From the NCBI GenBank assembly GCA_964016885.1, contig OZ024743.1, positions 89,466,001-89,530,000 on the forward strand: a DNA stretch of 64,000 nucleotides. Reading direction: 5' to 3'. This stretch comes from Eledone cirrhosa. Lineage: Eukaryota. This document shows positions 1 to 13,284 of the stretch, in pieces (the first letter of the stretch is position 1; every line of letters begins with the position of its first letter). The translations under genes were made by a program, and so were the position numbers. The notes under the pieces were generated by a model. That model worked only from the letters and a program-made list of their open reading frames with translations. It had not been told where the DNA came from and ran no database searches.

Positions 1-76
1 TCTTTAGAGAAAAATAAAAGGTCGATTGATGTTGATATCTGTTGCAAAACTGTTGGTGCTGGTGTTTTGGTGTGTA

Positions 77-166
<90 letters not shown>

Positions 167-172
<6 letters not shown>

Positions 173-348
173 ATTAGAAATGAAACAACACAAAATATAA
201 CTACTCTATTACCAAAGGTTTCTGGATCCCAGACAATATTATTATACGTATGGATCGGTCATCAGACGTATAATAATATTGTCTGGGATCCAGAAACCTT
301 TGGTAATGGAGTAGTTATATTTTGTGTCGTTTCATTTCTAATTAAATA
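167..348. repeat. 83-bp-arm palindrome (167-249/266-348) centred on a hammerhead-like core; Penelope pLTR remnant
   Basis: Arms are reverse complements with 2 mismatches around a 16-nt loop. The minus strand reads CTGATGA-CCGATCC..GGATCCA-GAAA-CC-TTT-GG-TA. Directly follows (TA)n. Confidence 0.75.
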
Positions 349-434
349 GCTCTGTTCTATACATAGAGCACTCTTTTTTCTTTTGCTTTTCATTCGGAAT
401 TACCTAACCCACCACCACACACATATATATATAA

Positions 435-520
<86 letters not shown>

Positions 521-527
<7 letters not shown>

Positions 528-1117
528 TAAATTTAGTCCTTCATCAGTGATCTTCCAACCTTCATTGGTATTTCATCGCTTTAAAGACCATATACCTCTG
601 GTTGTTGCGAGCAACGGCTAAAGAAAGTCGTTGGGACACGTAAATAGGGGGAACGAGCGAGACAGTAAACAAACAAAGATGGTAATGCAACGAAAAGTGA
701 GGAAGAAGGAGTCAAGTCCCTGAAATCGATGAACATAAGTTCTGTGAAATCGTGGACGACAGAGAATAAGGACCATCAAACCTAGTCGAAATGTGAGTGA
801 GGAAAGAATCTCGCACAGGTCAAACAGGAGGAAGTAGGAGAGGGAGTAGCAGAGAGTGAGTGAGTGAAAGTGTGAGGAAGAGGCTAACAGAGAGAATGAC
901 TAGTAGAGGGAGTAAAAGGAAGTGAGAGATACAGAGAAAAGAGGACGCAGTAAGAAAGAAACAGACGGGTCACAGTCTCGCTCGTTCCCCCTATTTACGT
1001 GTCCCAACGACTTTCTTTAGCCGTTGCTCGCACCAACCAGAGGTATATGGTCTTTAAAGCGATGAAATACCAATGAAGGCTGGAAGATCACTGATGAAGG
1101 ACTAAATTTATTCATAT
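521..1117. repeat. 143-bp inverted repeat (521-663/975-1117) around a purine-rich spacer; Penelope pLTR-like
   Basis: Arms differ at 2 positions. Both outer ends terminate in CTGATGA-AGGACTAAA, an HHR core plus truncated stem II. Confidence 0.75.
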
Positions 1118-1159
1118 GTAACCCATTTGCAACCACGCAGCACGCCATGTTTTCATATT

Positions 1160-1192
<33 letters not shown>

Positions 1193-1195
<3 letters not shown>

Positions 1196-1576
1196 TTGAT
1201 TAAAACAACAGGAGGCCGGACTGGTGATGTTCCTTCAAAGTTTTATTGTTACAAAAACACTATATATATTTTATTGACCTGGTTATATAAGATCCTGGCG
1301 ACATCATCAGGTTCGGATTACATAATTAGATAATCAATAAAGGAATTACGGCAAACACAAACAGAAAAAATATTTGATTCGAGGAAGGCCTGCGGTCTAG
1401 CATTTATGGTTGTGTATGTCGTAATTTCTCAATTGGTTAACTAATGAAGCAATCCTCTTTTGATGATGTCGTCAGGATCTTACGTAACCAGGGCACTGAA
1501 ATACATATAGTATTTTTTCAACAATAAAACTTTAAGGGAACATCACCAGTCCAGCCTCCTGTTATTTTAATGAAAC
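1193..1576. repeat. Older imperfect inverted repeat (~165-bp arms) with a degenerate HHR; pLTR-like
   Basis: caacaggaggccggactggtgatgttcc at 1206 is mirrored by ggaacatcaccagtccagcctcctgtt at 1537. A (C/T)TGATGA..GAAA motif lies in the arms. Confidence 0.6.
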
Positions 1577-2169
1577 CAATATTCAACTCCGTTCCGGCAT
1601 CAACCACAGGATTCAACATCAACGTTGGATGAGTTGCGTAACGCAGAGTACTTTTCCTACTATTACATCATGATTACTAAACGGAATGACCAGTTCTATA
1701 CATTGGTATACGCCTGTGCGTATATATATATATTCTTTTCTCTTATTTTTAAGCTGTCAATTGTGTGTGTGTGTGTGTTAACTGTTACATAGACACGCAC
1801 ATACGAATATACATACACGAATACATTAGACATCCAAATAGCCAAGCAAGCATTTGTAAATAGGTACGTCTGTACTCATGCCCTGACACACAACACACAC
1901 ATACTAACACACACATACTACCACACACGCATACACATGCACCTCATATTCATTTACTCAATTTCCATTGACTTAGCTTACTCCTCACTAAGTCTCTGCC
2001 CCTCTTTTAAACGTATATCCTTTCATGTTACCGCACACACAATTTTACACACATACTACGCGTGTACATATACACACTATACATACACACAAAGATACTT
2101 ACATATTCTTACACACACGCACACATCTCACACATATAATATTATATATATGTATATATATATATATAT

Positions 2170-2354
2170 AACGAAGGAGATGTGGCAAGGAACCAGATGG
2201 ACCATAACGACCAGAGTACTCAATATTTAGGGTAGTAGAGTGAGTAATAGGAAAAAGTATGACCCCGACAGCAGAGCTCAAGCCGTTTCGACGGCTATTT
2301 CTGGACTGAAATAGCCGTGGAAACGGCTTGAGCTCTGCCGTCGAGGTCATACTT

Positions 2355-2358
<4 letters not shown>
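2170..2358 (-). mobile_element. Penelope-like pLTR fragment with fold-back palindrome (2251-2301/2308-2358) and 3' half of an HHR
   Basis: GAA-ACGGC-ttGAGCTCt-GCCGT-C gives stem III plus a GUC cleavage triplet. Same family as 14683-14880 and 34577-34636. Flanked by (TA)n. Confidence 0.7.
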
Positions 2359-2436
<78 letters not shown>

Positions 2437-2636
2437 CTATTACACACATATATACAAATACTACACACGCGTATATATATATTCACATATACATACTATA
2501 CATACTACCACATATATACATAAACATCCCTCATACTACTTCTATCTCACACATTTTTGCTGTTTACGTACTCCCCACCAGAGACGTAGTCACACATATG
2601 TATATGTGTGTACATGCGCACACACATATGTATGTG

Positions 2637-2676
<40 letters not shown>

Positions 2677-2910
2677 CACATACACATTCACACAAATACC
2701 TCTCCATTTTCCACTCTTGTTCCCTCCTACTGACATACATACATACATACATACGTACGTACGTACGTATGTATGTATGTATGTATGTATGTATGTATGT
2801 ATGTATGTATGTATGTATGTATGTATGTATGTATGTATGTATTTACGTATGTATCAAGTAAACCTTCATAGCAACCCTCCTACTACAATGAAAGAAACAG
2901 ACTCACCCAT

Positions 2911-2942
<32 letters not shown>

Positions 2943-3718
2943 ACACTCACACACATATTTCTAACGCCTCTAATTAGATTCTTTCCCCTTCCTCACATCC
3001 TCTCATATGTTTGTTCACCTTGTCTTACAGTATTACACCGAGTAATTTATAGTATAATGTGTTCCAGTAAGTTGTATTAAACATACACCATGTGAACTTA
3101 TTCACAATATACAAATCTCTCTAATAGGCGCGAAAATGTGTTTGCCGCTCTTCAAGACAACGTCGCCATTTTCTCAACGAATTTTCATGATATTTGGCAC
3201 AGTGATTGATTTACATTTATCTCGAAATAATCCATGAACCCTTCCCCATAAAAATGCCTAGTCCGGCGGTGTCTCTCTAGGTTAAAGCGGGGAAGATTCA
3301 ACAATTAGAATGGAGAAAACCAGTTAACGAGGACTATTTAAATATAGAACATTGTCATTTTGTGAAGACAAACCTGCTGTTTCTCCACTCACCCTCTACC
3401 CATTCCTCTCTCTCTCTCACACTCTCTCTTGCTCCTTCTCTCTCAATCTTTTCCCCTCCGTCTCTTTCTCTCACTCTTTGATTAGCTCTATATTTATTAT
3501 ACATCTCTCTTATACACACAACCATCCACGCTCATCACTACGTGCTTGTGTATTTGGTCATACATGTATAAATCCGTATATACACATAAGATGTTTGCAC
3601 CAGTGTATGTGTGTGTGCATGCCTGTGTAGAAGTATTGTGTATGGACTCTGTGCATCACGTGGTTGTGTGTTGATGTATGCATATGTATAAATGTACGTG
3701 AGTATATATATATATACA

Positions 3719-3798
3719 CAGGGTGTCCCCTCCAAAATGTATACACACTTTGATTAGAATGCTGTTGAAGTGTGTATACATTGTTTTGGGACATCCTG
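3719..3798. mobile_element. Tiny Tc1/mariner-type MITE
   Basis: TIRs CAGGGTGTCCC..AAAATGTATACACACTT / AAGTGTGTATACATT..GGGACATCCTG followed by TA, within TA repeats. Confidence 0.65.
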
Positions 3799-3856
3799 TA
3801 TATATATATACCGGGTCTCCCAAAAAAATAGAGAGAGAGAGGGGGAGAGAGAGACA

Positions 3857-3925
<69 letters not shown>

Positions 3926-3950
3926 TTAGATAGATAGATAGATAGATATA

Positions 3951-4540
3951 TTTCTTTATTAGCCACAGGGGCACAAAAGAAGGGGACAAATACAAAGGGG
4001 GAAGTTTACATACAATAAAAACGTGTAAAATGTTATCACAGATGGAATTTAAAAGTTAGTCGATTTTCCCCAATAGAGGGAGACAGTTTATATGGGTAAC
4101 ACAGACCCCCGAAAAAAATGTGCAACCCTCATCTCCAGGAGTACGAAGAGCTTGTACTCCTTTCCTCTCCTCCTCCTTTTCCTCAACCTACAGGCTGATA
4201 TAGAGAGAAGGCCCATTCACTCGGGCCATTCTCGCCACTTTCACCCACCTTTCATAAAACTTGCTGGGGTACAGCACCTCTCTCTCCATCCTGATTCTTC
4301 TTCCAAAGTGGTATTTGAAAAAAAGAATCAGTTGTTGGCCGGAGAGAAAGGTGTCTGACCTCAGCCCTTTCAACCTTGTCCACCATACAACCTCTTTCGC
4401 CATAGCTATCACACAAAGGAAAACCGCCTCTCCTTCGTTTTTGAAGGAGGGTGGCGGTTTGATCATGACAATGGACTCGGTGGTCAACTGGATTGGTCCC
4501 ACCCGCGACAATAGTCGTTCCACATAGCCCCACAGGTCAA
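3951..4540 (-). mobile_element. Tx1/L1-clade LINE 3' fragment flanked by (TATC)n
   Basis: Peptide DLWGYVERLLSRVG..AKEVVWWTRLKG is homologous to the C-terminus of the 41334-43325 element. AATAAA precedes a (TATC)n tail. (GATA)n at 3927-3950 and 4541-4553. Confidence 0.75.
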
Positions 4541-4657
4541 GATAGATAGATAGCTGTTTCAATATCCAGATGTGTAGAGGGAACTCCGTCTTGAGTGAAG
4601 AGTTATAATATGCTTTCATACAGTACAAGATTTCAACAATGTTTGTTTACAAAATGT

Positions 4658-4706
4658 TTGCCTGACGAAAAGTTTGATCCGACGTTTCTTGAAACATATG
4701 GAGGGC
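4658..4706 (+). ncRNA. Degenerate type I hammerhead ribozyme motif
   Basis: gc-CTGACGA-AAAG..CTT-GAAA-CATATG(palindrome)-GA-GGGC. The cleavage-site U is mutated. Confidence 0.4.
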
Positions 4707-4792
4707 TGAATTGTAAACCTTTTAAACACACACACTTGTGTATGTGTGAGCGTGCCTTTAAGTCTACTTACGTATGTCTACACACTCACACA

Positions 4793-4866
<74 letters not shown>

Positions 4867-5018
4867 CGTATGTGTGTGTGTGTGTGCAAGAATCCATTGT
4901 GTACGGCATCCAGTACACCTCCATTTTGTCTTTATTATCGGAATTCATGCTATTGGCTCCCTTGAGATGTTTCTTTTAGCTCGTTTCATCTTTGAAACAC
5001 ACACAAACACACACACAC

Positions 5019-5092
<74 letters not shown>

Positions 5093-5859
5093 CTACTAGT
5101 ACTACTACTATCGTAGTTTATAACGTTGCGTTGCGCTACATAGACATTCCGTTATCTAAACTACATATTTGTCTTATCTTTCTATCACTGTCGTCTGCTT
5201 AACGTCTCGCTACCCCACCTTCCCCCTTTTCTTCACCGAAATATAAAGGAAAATATAACAAAAACAAAAAAAAAGTTGCAAGAAGAAACTGAAAGACAAA
5301 AGGGGGAGGTAATCCTTCCCATACCTTACCTACTTCCTACAGTTTATCAATTAGCCTCTGATTTAAACTCAACTTTCCACCATTTATTTTCAGACTTCTA
5401 GCTATGTTGGAAGTTTTTTTCTGTTTTGTTTAACCGCCATTGATTATGTACCCCTCTCTCTTTCTATTCTTTACTTTCTCTTTTGCTCTCTCTCACTACT
5501 TTCTATATCTTTCTCTAATTTCTCTCTCTGTACTTTCTATCTCTCGCTCTCTCTTTCTCTACTTTCTCTCTCTAGCTTTTCTTTCTACTTTCTATATCTC
5601 TCTCTTTCACTAACTCTCTACTTCCTTTGCCTCTTTCTCTATCTTTACTGTCTCTCCCTTTCTCTCCCCCACACTATCATTTCTTGCTCTATGGTTTTAA
5701 TATCTCTACTTCCTCTCCCCCCCCCTCTCTCTTTCTCTCTCTCTCCTTCCTTGTCTCTTGCTGAACACTTTCTTCACCACTCATTCACATATTTACCGAC
5801 TATCATATACTTCTAGCTCTCCCCTCCCTCCCCACCTCTATATTTCTCCCCTTCCAGCC

Positions 5860-7830
5860 TTTATCTCTCCTCTCACTTTCTCTCTTACTCTCTCCCCCCT
5901 CTTTCTCTATGTAACTCTCTCTCCTCCATCTTTCTCTGTAACTCTCTCTCCTCCCTCTATCTCTGTAACTCTCTCTCCTCCATCTTTCTCTGTAACTCTC
6001 TCTCCTTCCCCTTTCTCTGTAACTCTCTCTCCTCCATCTGTCTCTGAAACTCTCCCTCCTCCATCTTTCTCTGTAACTCTCTCTTCTTCCCCTTTCTCTG
6101 TAACTCTCTCTCTCCTCCCTCTATCTCTGAAACTCTCTCTCCTCCATTTTTCTCTGTAACTCTCTCTCCTTCTCTTTTTCTGTAACTCTCTCTGCTCCAT
6201 CTTTCTCTGTAACTCTCTCTCCATCTTTCTCTGTAACTCTCTCTCCTTCCTCTTTCTCTGTAATTCCCCCTCTTCCCTCTATCTCTGTAACTCTCCCCTC
6301 CATCTTTCTCTGAAACTCTCTCTCCTCTTTCTCTGTAACTCTCTCTGCTCCATCTTTCTCTGTAACTTTCTCTCCTCCATCTTTCTCTGTAACTCTCCTT
6401 CATCTTTCTCTGTAACTCTCTCTCCGCTATCTGTCTCTGTAACTCTCTCTCCTCCATCTTTCTCAGTAACTCTCTCTCCTCCATCTGTCTCTGTAACTCT
6501 CTCTCCTTCCTCTTTATCTGTAACTCTCTCCTCCATATTTCTCTGTAACTCTCTCTCCTTCCTCTTTCTCTGTAACTCTCTCTCCTCCATCTGTCTCTGA
6601 AACTCTCTCTCCTCCATCTTTCTCTGTAACTCTCTCTCCTTCCTCTTTCCCTGTAACTCTCTCTCCTCCATCTTTCTCTGTAACTCTCTCTCCTGTCTCT
6701 TTCTCTGTAATTCTCCCTCCTACCTCTATCTCTGTAACTCTCTCTCCTTCCTCTTTCTCTGTAACTCTCTCTCCTCCCTCTTTCTCTGTAACTCTCTCTC
6801 CTCCCTCTATCTATGTAATTCTCCCTCATTCCTCTTTCTCTGTAACCTTCTCTCCTCCATCTGTCTCTGTAACTCTCTCTCCTCCATCTTTCTCTGTAAC
6901 TCTCTCTCTTCCCTCTATCTCTGTAACTCTCTCTCCTCCATCTATCTCTGTAATTCTCCCTCCTCCCTCTTTCTCTGTAACTCTCTCTCCTCCCTCTATC
7001 TCTGAAACTCTCTCTCCTTCCTCTTTCTCTATAATTCTCCCTCCCACCTCTATCGCTGTAACTCTCTCTCCTCCATCTTTCTCTGTAACTCTCTCTCCTT
7101 CCTCTTTCTCTGTAACTCTCTCTCCTCCATCTGTCTCTGTAACTCTCTCTCCTCTATCTGTCTCTGTAACTCTCTCTCTCTTCCCTCTATCTCTGTAACT
7201 CTCTCTCCTCCATCTTTCTCTGTAACTCTCTCTCCTTCCCCTTTCCCTGTAACTCTCTCTCTCCTCCATCTTTCTCTGTAACTCTCTCTCCTTCCCCTTT
7301 CTCTGTAACTCTCTCTCCTCCCTCTATCTCTGTAACTCTCTCTCCTCCCTCTATCTCTGTAACTCTCTCTCCTTCCTCTTTCTCTGTAATTCTCCCTCCT
7401 CCCTCTATCTCTGTAACTCTCTCTCCTCCCTCTATCTCTGTAACTCTCTCTCCTCCCTCTATCTCTGTAACTCTCTCTCCTTCCTCTTTCTCTGTAATTC
7501 TCCCTCCTCCCTCTATCTCTGTAACTTTCTCTCCTCCATCTTTCTCTGTAACTCTCTTTCCTTCCTCTTTCTCTGTAACTCTCTCTCCTCCATCTTTCTC
7601 TGTAACTCTCTCTCCTTCCCCTTTCTCTGTAACTCTCTCTCCTCCCTCTATCTCTGTAACTCTCTCTCCTCCATCTTTCTCTGTAACTCTCTCTCCTTCC
7701 TCTTTCTCTGTAATTCTCCCTCCTCCCTCTATCTCTGTAACTCTCTCTCCTCCCTCTTTCTATGTAATTCTCTCTCTTCCATCTTTCTCTGTAACTCTCT
7801 CTCCTTCCTCTTTCTTTGTAACTCTCTTTT
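5860..7830 (+). repeat. Polypyrimidine minisatellite, ~24-27-bp unit (ctctgtaactctctctcctccatcttt and variants)
   Basis: Directly visible tandem array. The ERVTE/RESYR ORFs are its translations. Confidence 0.95.
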
Positions 7831-8166
7831 CACTATTGTTTCTTCAATCTCATTTATCTCTCCATCTTCCTCTCCCTCTCCCACTCGACAACTCTCTTTC
7901 TGTCTTCCACACACACACACACACACACACATTCCTCCATTATTTCACTCTTTCTCTCCTCATCAGCCATATATTGCCCTCTCCCTCCTCCTCCTGCTCT
8001 TCCACCTCCTCACAGTTTCAACAACGTTTTCGACTTTCTTCTCTTAGCCTTTCACTGTCTCTGCCCCCCCCCCCGACTCCCTCCATCAGTCACCATTTCA
8101 CTTTCTACTTTGGCTTCAACTCTTCTGTTTTTCTATCACAAAAATGAAAAGTGTGTACTTGTGTGA

Positions 8167-8230
<64 letters not shown>

Positions 8231-8385
8231 ATGTGTGTGTGTGTATAAATATGTGTGTGTTAACGTCAAAGAAACATGTGTAAGAGGGTGACAGACCTGA
8301 ATGTCGTATCAGAGTTAAAGTGAAGAATGTTGTTTTGAAGTAATACAAAATAAGCAGTACATGAAACAGCCTGTATTATATATAA

Positions 8386-9001
8386 GGACGGTGGATTGGC
8401 AGTATCGGTAGAGGGTTGGACCCCATGCTTTCTAGCATAGAGTTACGGCCCTTGCCATTCTGTGTTCAAATCTCGCCGAGGTTAACTTTGCCTTTCATCC
8501 TTACGGGGTCGATAAAATAAAGTACCAGTAATGTACTGGGTAATTGCTAGCCTTGTGCCAAAAGTAGAAACAATTATATATAAGGTGTGACGGCGGTGAA
8601 TTGGCTGTATCGTTTGATCGTCGGTGAACATCTTTTGCAGTATATAGTTACGTCCTTTTGGAGGCTAAGGACAAATCAAGCCGAAAGTCGATAAAACGTA
8701 CCAACAACACACTGGGGTCGATTTAATCAACTTTCCTCCCCCCATATTGTTGGCCTTGTGCCTAAATCAAAAATCTTTATATATATCGTATAGGGCAGTG
8801 GATTGGCAGTATCGGTAGAGCCTCACACACCATGCTTTTCGCATAGAGTTACGGCCCTTTACGTTCTGAGTTCAAATCCCACCGAGGTTAGCTTTCCCTT
8901 TCATCCTTCGGGGTCGATAAAATAAAGTCACGAATTGGGGTCGATTTAATCGACTTTCCCCTCCACCCAAATTGTTGGCTTTGTGTCTAAATTAGGAACC
9001 A
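8386..9001 (+). mobile_element. Three tandem copies of the dominant tRNA-derived SINE
   Basis: A-box-like tggcagtatcggtag, B-box-like gttcaaatcc, core ctttcatccttacggggtcgataaaataaagtaccag and 3' ggccttgtgccaaaagtagaaacaatt. Confidence 0.85.
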
Positions 9002-9059
9002 TTATATATATCGTGTAATATACTTTCCTTCTGATTATATGATTGCTTTATCTCGTCAA

Positions 9060-10620
9060 ATGATAGCCATCTCAACATTATCTAGATCACTCCAGCAAGT
9101 TTACACTCTGCCAAATGCACGGAAGTGACTTTTCAATCCAGCAACTGATTTACAAGGTCTTTGGCACAAGTAACAGATGTATGCCAGTGTATGTACTGGG
9201 TTTATTGGATCAGTATGTGAAATTCCATGCTGATAAACTTTCATATGGTGTTTTAACCTGATGTTTGTCTTAACCTGATGTTTGTCTTAACCTGATGTTA
9301 ACCTGATGTTTAACCTGATGTTTGTCTTAACCTGATGTTAACCTGATGTTTAACCTGATGTTTGTCTTAACTTGATGTTTGTCTTAACCTGATGTTAACC
9401 TGATGTTTAACCTGATGTTTGTCTTAACCTGATGTTAACCTGATGTTTAACCTGATGTTTGTGTTATTGTCTATTCATTCGTTTTCATGTGGTTTATAAA
9501 ATCGGTTTTAAAGAGAACACGGTGATAGAAATTGCAATTCCAATAATCGACTTTTTCAAGACCTACCAACTCACCCTTTTCTTTACATAATTATTTTAGC
9601 CCTCAGTATTGTGCCTTAGTATGACCACACCCTTTTCACTAATTCTACAAATGCAGCGCTTGCCCTTATACTCGAAGATGTATTTCTGCATCTAAACTCT
9701 CGTTCCTTGACAAAATATAGCCCAGATACACAAAAACATCCACCGACACAAACCTAGTCCCATTCACATATACATTTCGCACAACATAAGGTTCTCCTGG
9801 TACTGGAGTGTACATCACCTTGGTTTTAGTTAAGTGTACAGTGATCTCCCCCACCAAAAGAACACTTCAGAAAATGTATTCATCGTGTAGAGCATGTCTA
9901 CTTCTCAGTGTGCAACAAAGTCCGCATCATCAACATACAAAAGTTCTCGAATTAACACATTGAATGTCACATATTTATTATTAAATCCTCTTAAAGTAAA
10001 GACTTGCCCAGTTGTGGAATTCATAAGCTAGGAGAACGGCAAATAGTGTTGGAGCAGGAATGTCCCCTTACTTAACACCGTTGTCCACAGGAATTTGTCC
10101 CGAGAGTTTGTCATTAAATACAACACTGAGCTTCCTATCATGATATAGTTGTTTGAAGATCTGCAAAAATTTCTGTGGACAGCCTAATTTACTAATAATG
10201 CTATATAAGGCTTCTCTGCTGATTGTAAGCCTTAGTCAAGTCGATAAAAATACGATACAAAGGCAGGTGCCTTTTTTTCTGCAGTTGCCTAGCCGAGAAG
10301 ATCCTATCCACTGTTTTCTTTCCTGCTCTGAAACCAGATTGAGTTTCTGGAAGAATCAGTGGACATATATTTTTTAGCATTAGCCTACATATTACCTTCC
10401 AAACAAATTCCAGTATTGTGATCCCAGAGAAGTGGTTACAATTGGATGTTTTCCCTTTACCTTTGTAGATGGTGATTAAGGTTCCATCAATCCAGTCTTA
10501 TGGTATTGGTGCCCCTTCCCAACAATCCACGAGAGGTAGATAGATGGCCGATGATATGTGGAATCTTTCATCTTTCAATAACTCCACTGAAATCCCACCC
10601 AATCTTGGTGCCTATCAAGT
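9060..10620 (-). mobile_element. Degenerate RTE-clade LINE RT remnant
   Basis: Minus-strand peptides include LLYVDDADFVAH, TKTKVM, VDVFVYLGYILS and GVK..APTLF, with many frameshifts. Confidence 0.7.
9254..9460 (+). repeat. Short tandem repeat (ttaacctgatg +/- tttgtc) expanded inside the RTE remnant
   Basis: Directly visible 10/11/17-bp units. Confidence 0.9.
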
Positions 10621-10848
10621 GCAATTCAATAAACCGGTGTGTGTGTGTGCAACGCAGTACAGTGAAGAAATATATTAGTTTAACGCTTGATATAGTAGGA
10701 AAAGAGTCTTTACGTATCGTATATCAGTCTGTTATCAGAAGTTAGAATGTGAAATAAGAAATGAAATAGAAAGTGAGAATGTGAAGAGGGACAGGAAGTT
10801 TTTTTTTTTAGAAAAAAGCATATGTATTCAGTCACACACACACACACA

Positions 10849-10995
<147 letters not shown>

Positions 10996-11739
10996 TTTGT
11001 TTGTTTTAAGACTAGTAAGACCAGTATTTAATTTTGTGCTCCATACTGTGCAAGTATTGTATGCCTATATATATATATGCGTGTGTATTTATTCTTGAAC
11101 ATGTGTATGTCTGCGTGTCTGCTGTGTGTGGGTAAGCAGACAAGGTGAGGATTACGGTAGAGCAAGAGAGAGAGAGAGAGAGAGAGACGACACACAAGGT
11201 TACTTGGTTCATGTCTTGGAGATTCTCTCCACTGCGATGACACACGCTGTTGTTAACTTTAATATTAGTGGTTCAGTAGGTTAGTAGCGCGTACGACTGC
11301 GCACACACACACTCACATACACATACACACACACACGCACACATACAGACAGAAACAGACAGAATGTGAGAGAAAGAGAGATTACAAACACATACATATG
11401 CCCATCTGCATACATTCACATACACACACATACACGTCTCACACAGCAGTCTACCACCCTGGCGGGTTTACTACATGTTTGCGTGCTCGGAATGAGGGTA
11501 AGAGTGAGTGTGAGAGAGAAACAGGGAGGGGGTGGGGAGGGTGGGGACCATTGTGTGTGTGTCTGGTTGGATGTGTGCATGTGTGTGTGTTTGTGTGAGT
11601 TCTGAAAATAGAATATTACAAATCCTGTCTGGCAATCGGCCTCTCTCTCTCTCTCTCCCTTTCTTCTCCCCCCCCCCTCCATTCTTTTCATATATATATA
11701 CAGAGGTATAGGCTATATTGTATAATATACATATATATA

Positions 11740-12273
11740 TTTAACGAAGGGTATAAATAAGATATTGTTAGATGGATTAACACGGTTATTAGATGAAATA
11801 ACAAGAATAAATGATTTAGTTTATATATAAAGGTTTACTTCACTTGAGTAAAAAAGAACAATAATCAAGTTACGACGAGTTGCAAAGGTTGACAATGTTA
11901 TTTTGTTGTTGATGTGAAAACAGCGACCGACCAGATAAAGTTTGTTGGTGGTCGCAGTCCGTGGTAGTAGTTCTCGTCGCGAGTCTCGTTTAATCTGAGA
12001 CCAAGAGAGAGTGGTAGTAATGGTCTGTAATTGACTGTAGACCACTGTGGCCTGAAGGTAGCGGTGAATCTTTGCATAGCTTGTTGTAGGCGTAATGCTC
12101 TGATCTCTCTGTTTAAACGTGGGATGATACAGGCTTTATATACCTGTCGCTTTCTGTCTCCCACCTTGAGGGGATAGCCCACGCATGAACCTGTTCACAC
12201 CAAAAGGGTGGTGACCTAGAGTTTGACCTTTAGGTGTCATCCAAGGTTCAAGGCGTGGACAGATTTCGATACA
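11740..12273. mobile_element. Probable solo LTR
   Basis: Termini T(T)TAACGAA...TTCGATACA approximate a TG..CA inverted end. Length ~530 bp, with TATAAA on the minus strand and near-matching AT-rich 5-bp flanks. Confidence 0.4.
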
Positions 12274-13284
12274 TTATATGTAGAGAGTCGGACACAATGC
12301 TTTGAAGCATAGAGTTACATTCCTTTATGATCTGAGTTCAAATCCCGCCGAGGTTAACTTTGTCCTTCGTCCTTACGGGGTCGATAAAATAAAGTACCAG
12401 TAATGCACTGGGTAATTGCTGGCCTTGTGCCAAAAGTAGAAACAATTATATATATATATATAGAGAGGGGGGGGGAGAAAGAAAGACAGACAGGGATGTT
12501 TGTGTGTATTGAATGTATACACACACACAATACACACATATATATATATATATATATGCGTGTGTGTGTGTATGTGTGTGCATGTATGTGTGTGTGTATG
12601 GTCTACACACAAATATACACATATACATATATATATATAGCTTGAGTTACAAACATATACGAATAGCAACCAAGACAACGTAAAAGTTGAAAATAGCTGC
12701 ATTAAGATAACTAAGGAGGTGATCAGCTGGAGTTGTTTATGTGAAACGAAACCCCTGGTAATGCACGGACAAGTCGAACTGTTAATACATATATCTATAG
12801 CTTCCACATTATGTTGATTGCTCTGGGTTGTTTGCTCCCTCTCCCAATATGTATATGTGTGTGTTTGTGCATGTGAGTATATGTGTGTGTTTGTGTGAGT
12901 ATATGTGTGTACGTCTATATATAAAGACTGAGGCGGGCTGTGCATTAACAGTGATGCAACCACCCTGGTCCCGACACCACACCGTATTAATATAATAATG
13001 AAAAAGTCAGTGTATTTGAAACGTACATCATTTTACTGATTACCTTGTTACTGTTATATATATTTCAGTAGTATCTATTATCTAATAAGTAAGACCTCAT
13101 CAAACAGCTATTGTGTAATCTTTTGTTCAACATATAATATGTGCCGGGGGGGGGGGGGGCTTTGATGTTACTCCTATCAGAAAATCAAATACCTGATACT
13201 CAAAAACTCAGCAATGTCCAGTAGTGCTAAGTTTAATATTCTGATCGCAGATTTGGTACGGGTGATGAAGAATGTGTCCCGCAC

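Noticed and set aside
5758-7932. RESYRER/ERVTEK repeat ORFs
   Set aside because: These are minisatellite translations.
8386-8480. tRNA gene-like A/B boxes
   Set aside because: These are heads of a multi-copy SINE, with no cloverleaf or poly-T terminator.
11195-11300. Possible minus-strand first exon (ATG AAC CAA / gtaacc)
   Set aside because: The donor site is weak and no downstream exon is identifiable, so it is unsupported without transcript data.
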